From NCBI RefSeq assembly GCF_036321535.1, contig NC_087444.1:69068001-69132000 (forward strand): a stretch of 64,000 nt of DNA, read 5' to 3'. This document shows positions 50,491 through 62,959 of this stretch, piece after piece (the stretch's first letter is position 1; each line of letters opens with the position of its first letter). Below the pieces are notes generated by a model, which ran no database searches, had not been told where the DNA came from, and saw nothing but the letters and a program-made list of their open reading frames with translations. The DNA comes from Camelus dromedarius (Eukaryota). A program made the translations under genes and the position numbers.

Positions 50491-52632
50491 TGCAAACTAG
50501 ATTTTTAGAATTCACAGATTTTACCCTTTACAAAGAACCAGAGCATTTGTAAGGCTATTTCCAATCTTTTTGTTGTTGTTGTTAAAAATCCCTTACTTTA
50601 TTTATATTTTCCTGTTAATTTTTTATTTTGAAATAAATTCAGACCTATACGAAAGTTGCAAGACCTAGATTCTCACATTTCCTTTATCTTTCTCTCTCTC
50701 TGTGTATATAATATATACACATAACATATATAATTATATATGTGTTCAGAGTTTTCTAGTAACTGTGGGAGAGTAAGTTGTAGAGATCATGCCCCTTTTA
50801 AGTTTTTTTTATATCAATCCTGAATACAAAATAGATTTCACAGCCTAACCTATTATATGCAAATCCATACCTATATAACTGAAACTAAAGTTTCATAAAA
50901 TCAATATTTAACATGTGATACATTCTGACACTATTGTGACCAGTTAAATATATCTCAGAACTCACTATGACCCCACAGTTTGAAAAGTACCAGACTGCAG
51001 CAACCCCACAAGGTAGGTTGTGTTCTATGCCCATTTTTGAGGATGGGGAAACTAAGGCAATTTGAGTGAACTGGGCCAAGATGACACAGCTATAATCTGA
51101 GTTCATTCAGCCATGGAGTGCTTATTGAGCACCAACTGTTTCCTGGATATGGTTCTAAGCATTTTCCACATATCATCTCATTTTATCATCACGAGAGCCC
51201 CAGGTCAAGTTCTATTAGTTTCATTACGACTTACACGGATGACAAAGTGTTTGACCACACAGGTGGTGAGTGGCAGGGCTGTGGTCTAAATGCAGGTACA
51301 GGGCCTCCAGAGTCTGTGCCTGTCAGGAGTCAGTCCTGAGAATCACTGAGTAAATAAAAGCCCAGCTCATTCAAGCCCCTCCTTTTTCTAAGGGGGACAG
51401 CGAGGCTCAGGCTCACTGTGGCTCTGAAGAGACTTGTCAGAGCCCCAGTTAGAAGGCAGGGGGTTCCCCCTAGGTCTCAGCAATCCATTCCCCTAGGTGC
51501 AGTCCCAGCTGTGACCAGCAGGGCGGATGAATGGAATTTCATAGAATCCACGATTAAGAGAAAGGTAGCTACACCCGAATCTGGATCCTTAGGGTGACTC
51601 AGCATCTCTAAACTTCTCCCTCTTACTTCCTCCCCTGGAAATGTTTATCAGCAAATTTGTTTCTCCAGTCCCCATAAGTCAAGATCCTCACTATGTCTTC
51701 CTGGAGAGGGAAGGAGAAGTGGGCTTAATGGGGAACTTTCAGGCAGAGTCCCTCCAGCTGGGCTGAGAGACAGCAGAGAGTGGGATCCTGGAGGCCTCCA
51801 CCCTTTTGGGGCACCCAGATAGTCAGTATCTTCGGAGTCACTGAGACCAGCCAGGGTGGGGCCCTCTATCTGGGAGTGTCAGGCTCCACTGGGGGTTGGT
51901 GAAGTCTGGACAGTGGGGGCAGGGGGCTCCTGCGAGATACTTACTCCCTTTCCTGGAGCAACTCTGAATTTTCAGGCCTCACTGACTTTCCCAGGACCCG
52001 TGTTCTCAAGTCTTCACCCTTATCTCTTTCCATCTTCTTCTTTCCATTAGGTGTTCACAGCAGCCCACCCCCCAGCCTTTTCAGCTTTAAGCTCAGGTGC
52101 CCAAACCAAGAGTCAGTGGACTTCTGGTGATTAAGAGCATGTGCTGGGTACAAACTCTTAGCACTGCCACTTTCCAGCTGTGTATCTTTGGGCAAGTCAC
52201 TCAGCGGGCTTCAGTCTTCTCATCTGTCAAGTGAGGTGATACTAGTTCCCACCCCTCTTGAGTGCTTTAAGGATTCAACTAAACACATGAGAAGAGAGGG
52301 CAGAGCTGGGAGGCAAGCCCAGTGCCCGGCTTAGTTAAGCCCTTGCTGGGTGTGCAAACAACCACCACCACTGCCAGCACCACCGCCACCACCACCACAA
52401 TAACAACTACATTTCATAAGAGCACTGGATTTAAACCTGTCCCTGAAGTCCCCCAGCCTCCCAGGGCCAGGGCCAAGGCCAATTCCTGTTCCTTGGACTT
52501 ATATAAAATTGGATCTCATAGTATCCTCCATTTCTGCTGCTGTGGCCATCTGCTTTGCCCCCTATGTCCTCACACGCTAAGGCACTGAAAGCCCCAATCA
52601 ACCCCCGCCCGGCCCCATGATGCCCCTTCCTA

Positions 52633-52905
<273 letters not shown>

Positions 52906-53239
52906 TCAGGTTTAGGCCGGGGGCGGGGCCAAAGGCCACGCCTCTAGCTAAGGACGGGGTGGGTGGGACGCGAGTCCGCTCCCCTCCTTCGCCTGCGGTC
53001 CAGCACTGCCCTCTCCGCCCGCCACTTAGGCTGGGAGGCGTGGCCGTATCCGGCCTTCTACGAAGGCGGACCCAGTGCCCCGCCTCCGAGCTCTAACCTC
53101 CCAGGGAGGGGCGGGGCGAGAGTGGGCCATGCCCACCGCTCTCTCTTGGCTCACGCCCCCTCTGTCAGGGCCAAGAGGCTGATCCCGGACTTAAACACTA
53201 CACCCCAGGGTCTCCTCGAGGCTACCAGGGGAGAATGTG

Positions 53240-54150
53240 AGGGAGGATAGTGTAGGTGTGTGAGTGCTACATGGTGTAACTGCGTATCTGTGTGCCCATG
53301 TGACCCTGTGTGATTCTGTGAATAACTCTAAGGGAGAGCATGGTTGTGGATGACACCATGTGCCACCCTCTGTGTGTAACACTGTATTACAGTGTAAGAC
53401 TATGTGTGACACCACGTGTGGCAGGCATTGGTGCTGTCCTTGTGTTACCTTGTGGTGACACTGGATGACAGTGTGTCAATCTGTGACGCTGTAAGCATCG
53501 ATGATGCTGGGGGATATGGTGTGAGTGTGGGACATGTGAGATGCATTACATGGGAGCGTGTCACTGTTGGACTGTGACAGGGTGTGACATTGCATGTGTC
53601 ATGTAAGGTGTGTAACACTATAACACCATTTGAGTGTGGCTGTAGGTGTTACTGTAGTTGTGATGCTATTTATGACCTGTGACTCTGTGATGCATGAGTG
53701 TGACAGTGCAGGACGTATGACCCCCATGTGAATGTGTAACTGGTGTAATAAGTTTGTGTATAAAAGTGTGACACTGTGTGATGGTGAAGCCGTGGTGATG
53801 TGTGAGTATATGACACTTTGTGACCCCATGGAAGTGTGCGACTGTGTGTGACACATGTGTGCTTATGTATGACTCCGTGTGAATGGTGGTGGCACTATTT
53901 GAGTGTTTTACGTTGTGTGAAGCTGTCGGGCACAGCTTGAGTGTGGGAACTAGTGTGAGCTTGTTACTGCGTGAGACAGTTTGAATATTTGACCCTGTGT
54001 GACCCCAAACGAGGAGGTGACTGTGTGTGTGGATGTGGATAATGTTTGTGACGCTGTATATGACCCCGTGTGTGTGGCAGTGTGTGACTGTGTGTGACGT
54101 TACCTCCGGCCCCTGCATCTGTGCATCGCACACCGTGGCCGAGTGTGTGT
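53240..54150. repeat. Degenerate TG/CA-rich low-complexity tract
   Basis: Many tgtgac, gtgtga and tgtgt units over about 900 bp. Confidence 0.8.
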
Positions 54151-54289
54151 CCGTGCGTGGGCCAGCGCTGCAGGCGGTCGGGGTTGGCAGGGGACCGCGG
54201 GCGGGAGGGGGTCCCGGGGGCGCGCCGAGCGCGGCGTCCGCGCGAGCGGGAGGAGGCGCGCCGGCGGCGGCGCATGCGGATCTGGCCGA

Positions 54290-54417
54290 GCGGCGGGGCA
54301 GGTGGGGCCGGGCCGAGCCGAGCCGGGCCGGGCCGGGCCGGGCCTCGGACGCCGACAGGGAGGGCGGTCGGGCACGACGAGCAGCGGGGACAGCGGCACC
54401 AGCGGCCGCGGGCCCAG
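54290..54417 (+). other. SPTBN4: SPTBN4 non-coding exon 1 (5' end approximate)
   Basis: GC-rich exon ending CCCAG|GTGAGC at 54418, inside the CpG island upstream of the coding exon. Confidence 0.7.
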
Positions 54418-56610
54418 GTGAGCGGCGTGGGGGCGGATAGCCCCTCCCTTCAGCATCTCCCCACCTGCCCGAGCATCCCTCCCCCGCGCGCCGTGGGCAT
54501 GGCCTGAGCCCCCAGGGTCTCCCCGGCTTGGGGAGGCAGAGGGTCGAGGGCAGAATCAGCCCCTACCCCTCAACCCAGTCCAGCCTGCGCGCCATACGTG
54601 GGTCTTCCAGACAAGCCTGTCCTTTCCAGGCCCCCCTCCTTGGGAACGGTGACTAGACTGCGGAGAGAGAGAGGCGCGGCCTTGGAAGGGTTAAAGAATC
54701 CAATCCTAGATTCCAGCCCTAGCCTCGCGGAGCCAGCCTTTTCTGGGGCCGCAGGACACCCCTTTCCACCTCCCCCACCGCTCTCCCTTCTCCATTGAAT
54801 CACGTAATGGCCAGGGCTGTTCCCCCGCCGGCCTGACTGAGAGCTCACCAAGCGCTAAGTGCCTCCCCATCTCCAAGTACCCTCCATTGAGGAAACAGTT
54901 GTGCTCACCGTTTAACAGAGAGGGAAACTGAGGCACAGAGACGCCAAGTTAAAGATAATCGGGTTTAAAGATACAGCAAGAATAAAGCAGGACTTGGAAC
55001 TCATTTCTGTCTGACTCCAGCACAGGCACTTTGATTTGCTAAGGTATGTGACCAGAGGATGACTAATAATAGCAAGGCTGGTGTTTTGAGGACTTACTGT
55101 CAACTGGATACCATGTTTCCTGCATTATTAATTCTCTCATTTTCAAACATGCCCCAGGAAATGGGTACTATTATCATTAATTAACATTTTACAGATGAAC
55201 AAACTGAGGCCCAGAGAGGGGAAGTGACTTGGCCAAGGTCACACAGGTGGTAAGTAGCTATGTGTCCACTTACAGCTTTCCATGGAAGAAGGGAATAATA
55301 ATAATGGATTTTGGAGTGTCCACTGAAAGGGACAGCCTCTGCTACACTGACCAAGACCTAGATCCTGACTTCCTAAAATCGGGTGGGTTGACAACTATCT
55401 GAATATTTTGAGGAGGACATTGATCTCTTCCCAGTTCCCTCCTTTCTTAGTCTTAGAATCAGGTTTGGGGTCCCAGAGGGTGGAAGAGTTATATCTAATA
55501 TCTCTCATCCCCTTAATTTTCATATTTACAATCTGGCAGTGTTCTAGAACATAGCTCTGGAGTCAGACAAAATGTCAGTTAGCTATTGCCACAATAATGC
55601 TGGTTATTGCCACAATAACCACCCCCCCCAAAAAATAAACTTAAAAAAAACACAAGAAACCACCCCCAAACTCAGTGTCTTAAAACACTAAGCATTTATT
55701 TAGTTTCAAGTCTGAGGTCAGTGATTTAGGCTGGGCTCATCTGAGATTATTCACAAGTTGCAATGGCTAGGGGGATCCTGACTGTTGATTGCTCTAGCTG
55801 ACCTTGGCTGTGATAAGGGCCTTGGACCTGGACTAGCCTAGCAGTGTTTTTCTCATGGCCACTTTCAAGCACTAGAAAAAGCATGCAAGATCTCCTGAGT
55901 CCTGGGCTCAGAACTCACCAGCACTTCCATCTAATTCTGTTGGTCAAAGCAAGTCATGTGACCAAACCCAGAGTCAAGGGGTGGGGCATATCTCCCCACC
56001 TCACTCTCCCACTCCTCCCATCCCCAGAGTAGAACACTGATTTAAGTGGGAAAGGGTGTGGCTATAAGGATGAAGAATTGAGGGCATCAGTGCAATTCGA
56101 TCACAGTGCCAAGTTTGAACCCTGGCTAGTTACTAGCTGTGTGACCTTAGGCAAGTGAATTAACCCCTCTGTGCCTCAGTTTCTTCCTCAGTAAAATAGG
56201 CTTAATAATACCTTTCTTTAGGGAATTAAATTTGTAGGAATTAAACAAGATAATGCATATAAAGTTCTGAGCATAGTCCAAGTGCTCAATAAAAGTTAAT
56301 AATTGTTATTATTGTATTTTAGATTTCTATTGATAACAATGTTATCATTCTAACAAAAATAACAGTGACAATTTGCCCAGCCTCTACCCTGTGCTAGGTG
56401 CTAAGCTGGGTGCTTGACCACAGCCCTACAATGTGGTCAGGGTAAACATTACTGTCATTATTATTATGTCCCTTCTAAACACAGAGAAACCAACGATGAG
56501 AGAGGGGACAGGACTCACAGCCAATCACTGTTAGAAGTGGGACCTCTGAACTCAGGCCCTGTTTCTAGCCCTAACATTGCCTCTCCCCATCCCCAGGCTC
56601 ACCTTCCCTG

Positions 56611-56782
56611 ATGGCGCAGGTACCAGGGGAAGTGGACAACATGGAGGGGCCCCCAGCCCCTAACAATAACAACCCTGCATCCCGCTGGGAGAGTCCGGAT
56701 CGGGGCTGGGAGCGGGAGCAACCAGCTGCTTCCACCGCGGGCGCCTCACTCTTCGAGTGCTCCCGGATCAAGGCCTTGGCAG
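56611..56782 (+). CDS. SPTBN4: Spectrin beta, non-erythrocytic 4 (betaIV) first coding exon
   Basis: MAQVPGEVDNMEGPPAPNNNNPASRWESPDRGWEREQPAASTAGASLFECSRIKALA. Acceptor at 56596, donor GCAG|GTACCT at 56783. Later exons lie right of the window. Confidence 0.93.
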
Positions 56783-56927
56783 GTACCTGGAGGAGAGCTG
56801 GGGTGGGAGGGCGGTTAGGGAGGGAGGATGCTGCTGTGGTGGTGACTCTGTACCTCAGTGCCTGAGAACCTTGATGGCCTGCAAGATGGGAAGAAAGTTA
56901 CAGACATTTAGAACTTGAATCTTTAGA

Positions 56928-57123
56928 CCAGCCAATAGAACTTTCCACACTGATGGAAACATGTTCTCTATCTGTGAAGTCCAATATACTAACCACTAGT
57001 ACTTGTGGCTGTGAGCAGTGGAAATGTGCTACTTGAGGGACTGAATTTTTAATTTAATTTCTTTTTAATTAATTTAAATTTAAATAGCCACATGTGGCTT
57101 GTGGCTGCTGTATGGAGCCAGAG
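56928..57123. mobile_element. MER3/MER33-type hAT-Charlie MITE
   Basis: ccaatagaactttc...atttaaatttaaatagccacatgtggc. A second fragment lies at about 50305-50345. Confidence 0.75.
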
Positions 57124-57662
57124 AACCTTAGAAATGTACAACCCCAGAAATGTGGGACTTTGTAAGCATACTTCCTTAGAATCCTCGGATCTTAGGACCT
57201 TGGAACGTCACACTCAGAAATTCTTTGAACCTGAGGGCTTTGAGAATGGAGACTCATGGAAAAAGACTTTCGTAATCACAGACCTTAGAAATTTTAATCA
57301 TTGGCTCCTAGGATCTTAGAACCTTAGAAACCGAAACTCTTATACAGATAGATCCTTAGGGCTTTATAATTCTAAACCTTTAGAATTTCAGATTAGAAGC
57401 GTGGATCCTGAGAACTTTGAGATAAAATGACCACACCTTCATGCTTTTTGCACTGAAACCCTTAGTCTTGGGACAACTGGGATGGTTGGTCACCCTGCTT
57501 TGATGTTTTAAAACAATATAAGCGAAGACCAGAGCACTGTATACTTACAGAATCTTCAGACCTTAGACCTTTGAAATTGTAGGCCGTTGATCCTTAGGAC
57601 TTTGTATTCCTGGGGCTTTAGAACCTCAGAGGTGTTTAATCATCAGCATTAAAGCTTTATGA

Positions 57663-58093
57663 TGTAGCTGGAGATGGTCATACTATGTGAAATAGGCCAG
57701 AAAGAGAAAGAAAAATGCCATATAATATCACTTATATGTGGAATCTAAAAAAACAAAAAGAGAGAGGAAAAAAGGACTCAAATGAACTTATTTGCAAAAC
57801 AGAGACAGACTCACAGACATAGAAAACAAACTTACGGTTACCAGGCAGGGAAGGGGGTGGGGAGGAATAAACTGGGAGTTCAGGATTTGCAGATACTAAC
57901 TACAATATATAAAATAGATAAACAACAAGGTCCTACTCTATGGCACAAGGAACTATATTTAATACCTTGTAATGGCCTATAATGAAAACCAATATGAAAA
58001 TGTACATATATGTATAAATGAATCACTATGCTTTAAACCAGAAATTAAGACAACATTGTAAAATGACTATAATTCCACTTAAAAAATGAAAAA
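57663..58093 (+). mobile_element. 5'-truncated artiodactyl-type L1 3' end with 12-bp TSD
   Basis: cacttatatgtggaatctaaaa...acagactcacagacatagaaaacaaactt...A tail. TSD aaagctttatga at 57651-57662 and 58094-58105. Confidence 0.88.
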
Positions 58094-58568
58094 AAAGCTT
58101 TATGAGCAAAGGCCCTTCAGAGACATGTAACTCCATAGTCATAAGCCTTTAAAACATTAGACCCTTAGCACATTGACCCTTGGGAATGTTACTATCTCAA
58201 AATCATGGAGTGTTATACACATAAAATATATATTGTCATAGTCATGAAATCTTAAAATCCAAAAGTCAGAATCAATTCCCTCAGCATCTCAGAGTTTTAG
58301 TAACTCAACATCTGACAGTCATTGGCTCTACAATACTAAGATCCTTAGAATTTTATAAGATGTCAAGCAGGTTGTTTTATAAGATGTCAAGGGTCTCTGG
58401 GAAGCAAGGGACATACACAAGTGAGTGGACTGGGGACCATGGTCAACTGGAGAACAGCACCCTGGTCGCTGGCTCTAGCCATGGGGAAATACAGGCCCAG
58501 AGCTGCTGGCTCTGATGTTTATATGCAGTTTCCCAATTAAAAAAACAAAAACAAAAAAACTGAATGTA

Positions 58569-58725
58569 GCAGGGAGGGTATAACTCAAGTGGTAGAGTGT
58601 GTGACTAGCATGCACCAGGTCCTGGGCTCAATCCCCACTACCTCCTCTTAAAAAAAAAAAGCCTAATTACTTCCCTCTCCCTACAAAAAGAATTCAAAAA
58701 CCAAGATAATTAAAAAAAAAAAAAA
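58569..58725 (+). mobile_element. tRNA-Ala-derived SINE
   Basis: gggagggtataactcaagtggtagag...cctaattac, A tail. Confidence 0.82.
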
Positions 58726-59223
58726 CTGGAATATGACACAAAATCTTAACCAGATTCAACTCATGGTTGGCTATCTTCCTGTGGTTGAGACACCTCAAAT
58801 GATATAAACATATACTCATGGAAACTGAAAATTGAATTTCTAGTCTTGGATTTGAAAACTTGGGAACATATCAACCTTAGAATTCCTAGAATTTCTTATT
58901 TCATCTACAAAATATTCAGTGCCTGCTCTGTGTTTGGCCTGTACTGGACAATATAAGGGACATACTGGTGAATAAGGCAGCTCTGGTCCTGCCCCTGCAG
59001 GGCGCCCAGTCCAGCGCGAAAGTTAGATCCAGCCAGATCGTGATGCTACAGAGGTATCAGGGCTGAGATGTGGGAGGCAAAGGTGGAGGACTGTAATGTG
59101 GAAGCCTGGGGACTGTAGGAGCCCAAGTGAGGGGCCGGATCCAGTCTAGGGAATCAGAACGCTTTCTGGAGGTGGAGATGGCTAAGCTGAGCTCTAAAGG
59201 ATTAACAGGAGTGAACCTTGGCA

Positions 59224-59363
59224 GGGGGGTGGAAATAGCTCAGCAGTAGAGTGCATGCTTAACATGCAAGTGGTCCTGGGTTCAATCCCCAGTACCTCCA
59301 TTAAAAAATAATAAGTAAATAAATAAATAAACCTAATTACTTCACCCCCGTCTCCAAAAAAAA
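59224..59363 (+). mobile_element. tRNA-Ala-derived SINE
   Basis: Head, (taaa)n tail, TSD gtgaacctt. Confidence 0.85.
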
Positions 59364-60169
59364 GTGGTGAACCTTAGAGTCGAGAGTGGAAGAATATTCT
59401 AGAGAGAGGGAACAGCAGAGGTAAGATTTCCAGAAGTTGGGAGTGGCTGGAGTGAGGTGGTGAGTAAATAATGATGAGAGAGGAGCCAGTGGATTCCAGA
59501 TCTGGAAGGGCCTTGTACATTCTGGAGAGTGTGAGGCTCCCAGGGAGCTACAGTACGATTTGAATGCAGAGGTGGGATGTAGTAACATGAGGATCAAGGA
59601 CTATTCAACTCTTAGAACCACTGATTCAGAGAACACCAGCCCTGGATGACACCTCAGACAGCATCTGGTCCAGAGAAATGTAGGAACCTCCTTTAAGGAA
59701 AAAAAATTTCTTAAACTGTTAGAACTATGGTTTTCTTAAATGCACAAAACCACACAACTCTGTTTATATCTGTTATTGCCTAAATTCTCTACAACTAAAA
59801 CACATCATTTGGATTCTAGACCCAAACCACAAAACCAATTGACTTCAACATAACAGTAACTTTGTGATGCTGCTATCCTGTTGTTCAAAATGCTAATAGG
59901 ATGTAGACAACTAGGGCGCATTTTCTTTTGGGTCCCTTTGCCCGCTTCTCTCATGGTTTTTGTCTATTCAAACTAAGGCCAAACCTCTAAGCAGAGTTCT
60001 CAGTAACATGTTTTTGCATGAAGACAATTAAAAAATTTGTCTGGATCCCATGCTCAAAGAGTTCCTGTAATCATGCTCCACAGTGTGTGGCTTGCTGTTG
60101 TCTGGCGTCTGTGTGAGTCCTCTTGCCTCTTAACCTACTCATTTATTCTGTTTTATTCCCATATGTCAC

Positions 60170-60670
60170 ATCAGTGCCCTCTCTCCTATATGCAACAACT
60201 GTTTTTTTCCTTTTTCTCCCCTGTGTATTTGTTTTCATGTTCTTTTTCATTAAAGGTTATTGCAGGATATTGAATACAGTTCCCTGTGCTATACAGAAGA
60301 AATTTTTTAAAATCTATTTTTATATATAGTGGCTAACATTTGCAAATCTCAAACTCCCAAATTTATACCTTGCTATACCCACTTTCCCCCGGTAACTGTA
60401 AGATTGTTTACTATGTCTGCGAGTCTGTTTCTGTTTTGTAGATGAGTCCACTAGTGTCCTCTTTTTTTCTTTTTTTAGATTCCATATATGAGTGATATCA
60501 TATGGCATTTTTCTTTCTCTTTCTGGCTTACTTCATTTAGAATGACAGTCTCCAAATCCATCCATGTTGCTACAAATGGCATTATTTTATTCTGTTTTAT
60601 GGCTGAGTAGTATTCCGTTGTGTAAATATCCCATAACTTCTTTAGCCAGTCATCTGTCTATGGACACATT
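60170..60670 (-). mobile_element. Artiodactyl-type L1 3' fragment
   Basis: Reverse-strand relative of 57663-58093 (ttttagattccatatatgagtgatatcatatgg). Confidence 0.82.
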
Positions 60671-61248
60671 TCCAATTGTTTTAATGCGGATCTTTTCCTT
60701 TGCATGTGGATGACTGTGAAATGTGCATTGCTAATTAGTGTGCATGTATCCATATATTTTAACTCTTTATTAAAAGTATTACATGCATATAGAAGGGCAG
60801 ATATAGTGTGAGTGTCCAGGATTTCCACAATTAGTGCCCCTTTGTAACTAGCACCCAGATCAGGAAACAGAATTTGACAGCCCCAGAGAAGCCCCACTCA
60901 GGCTGCCTCTGTATCACTACACCCCAGAGTAAACACTGTCCTAACTTCTAAGAGTGTACATTGAATTTGCTAGCAACTGAACTTTATATAAACAGAATCA
61001 AGCAGTGGGTACCCTTCTGACAACTGGCTTCGTTCACTCTACACTTCCTCTTATGAGATTCAATTCATCCATGTCTACCTCTACTTGTATATCATCCCTT
61101 TTCATTGCTGTATAGTATTCCACAATGCGAATGTGCCCTAACTTATCTGTTCACCTGTTGGTGAGCATTTGAGGTGGCTTCGAGTTGGGGATATCACAAA
61201 CTAGATTACTACAAACTGGTAATTAGTAGTATTACAAATTGTTGCGTT

Positions 61249-61282
61249 GTTTCCATAGTGCAGTGGTTATCACATTCGCCTG
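61249..61282 (+). pseudogene. Retrotransposed 5' half of tRNA-Val with TSD (tailless retropseudogene)
   Basis: GTTTCCATAGTGCAGTGGTTATCACATTCGCCTG matches the recalled tRNA-Val(AAC/CAC) nt 1-33 at 30/33. Flanked by acaaattgttgc at 61234-61245 and 61283-61294. Confidence 0.88.
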
Positions 61283-61664
61283 ACAAATTGTTGCCGCTCT
61301 AAACTTTCTAGTACGTGTTTTTGGTGGATATAAGCACTCATTTCTGATGCTTAGACCCACCTGGGAGTGAAATTATTGGGTCACAGGGTAGGTGTAAATC
61401 TAACTATAGAAGAAACTTCCAGTTTGTATAATTTTACTTTCCTCCAACAGTGTATGAGCAATTCAGTTGCTGTATATCTGACCCTTGATGGGGTCAGTCT
61501 TTTAAATTTTAGCCATTCTGACAGGTGTGGATTCTATTGTGGTTTTAATTTGCATTTTCCTGATAGCTAATAACATTTAATGAGGTGGAGCACCTCTTCA
61601 TATATTTAGTATTTGGATATTCTCCTGTGAAGTCTTGTGCTTGTTTTCCTATTACTATTCTTAC

Positions 61665-61710
61665 TTTTTGTTTTGTTTTGTTTTGTTTTGTTTTGTTTTG
61701 TTTTGTTTTG
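61665..61710. repeat. (TTTTG)n microsatellite
   Basis: About 9 perfect units. Confidence 0.95.
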
Positions 61711-62959
61711 CAGGAGTTCTTATATATTCTGGGTACAAGTCCTTTGTCAGATACACTTGTTATGAATATTTTCTCCTACGATGTGGCTTACCTTTTCATT
61801 CTTTTAATGTTGCCTTTTGATGAACAGTATTTCTTCATTTACAAGTAGTCTAATTTAATAATTATTTAATAATTATTTCCTATTTGGCTAAGATTTTGTG
61901 TTTTGTGTAAGAAATCGTTGACTACTCCAAGATCCTGGAGATATTCTTTGATGTTTTCTTCTAAAAGCCTATTGTATCCCTTTTGTACTTTATAAGCCAA
62001 ATGGTATTTACTATATTTATTACTGTGTACAGCATGGGTCAAGGTTCTTTTTCCCCCCATGTGGACATCCAGCTGACTCAGCTCCATTTATTGAAGACTT
62101 CCCTTTCCCAACTGAACTTCAGGTTCACTCTGTCACGAATCTGGGAGCCCCCTATGTGTGGGTTTGTGAATGCAGGCATTGCTAATTGATGCGTATTTTA
62201 CTATATCTTTATTGCATTTTTTGCATTATTTTCTCATTCAGCGTTATGCCTTCTAGCCTCAAGACTCACCCCTGGGGCTCTGTGTGCCTCTACTCTGTTG
62301 CTGCTAACTGCTGCATGGAGTCTGTGGTGTGCATTCACCATGTTCCACTTTCCCAGTGATGGAGACCAGGCTGTCTCCAACCCCCAGCCTGCCCTGCTCC
62401 CTCCCCGCAAATAGCACTGTATTGAACAACATCATACATGCTCCTTGTAAACCAGTTTGGAAAAGTTTACGGGACAGATACATAGGGAAAGAATTGCTGG
62501 GTCATGGTGGGTATATGTTGATTTAATTTGACTCAGATCACCTTCTGAATGGCTGCCCTAGTCCAGAACTCCCACTGGCAGACATGAGGGTTATGATGGC
62601 CCCACATTTCTAATAATACTTGGTATCTCTGGCTTCCTAACTTTTCCCAGACTAATAGCCAAACATATCATTTACATATGAAGTCTCACTCTATGCTTCC
62701 TTCTTAACCAGTAGTAGAGAAGGGAGTAGCTATTCCCTGCTCCATGAAAATCTCAATGTATTAGATATGAAAAAAATCTCAAGATATAAAAAATTAAAAC
62801 TTTATTCTAAGGAAAAGCATTTCACTTCTGACTGGTGACTACCATAGTGGAAAAGAAAATATAAATGCTAAAATAACTCAATATGAGCACAGTGGCAGAG
62901 GTAGGACCATGATCTTTTGGCTTGGAGTCTTGACAGCTTAAAGGTTTGTGTACCAACTT

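Larger units (their letters stand above)
60680..62680 (-). mobile_element. Old L1M fragments
   Basis: ttcattgctgtatagtattcc..., ttttaatttgcattttcctga..., ttccccccatgtggacatccag. Confidence 0.7.

Noticed and set aside
53964-54507. Several Arg/Gly/Ala-rich ORFs on both strands
   Set aside because: CpG-island composition artefacts at the SPTBN4 promoter.
58351-58391. 17-bp direct repeat ttttataagatgtcaag
   Set aside because: Small local duplication with no identifiable insert.
62072-62082. Palindromic GCTGACTCAGC (MARE-like)
   Set aside because: Lacks the flanking T/A of a full MARE and lies in a decayed L1, so it is probably chance.
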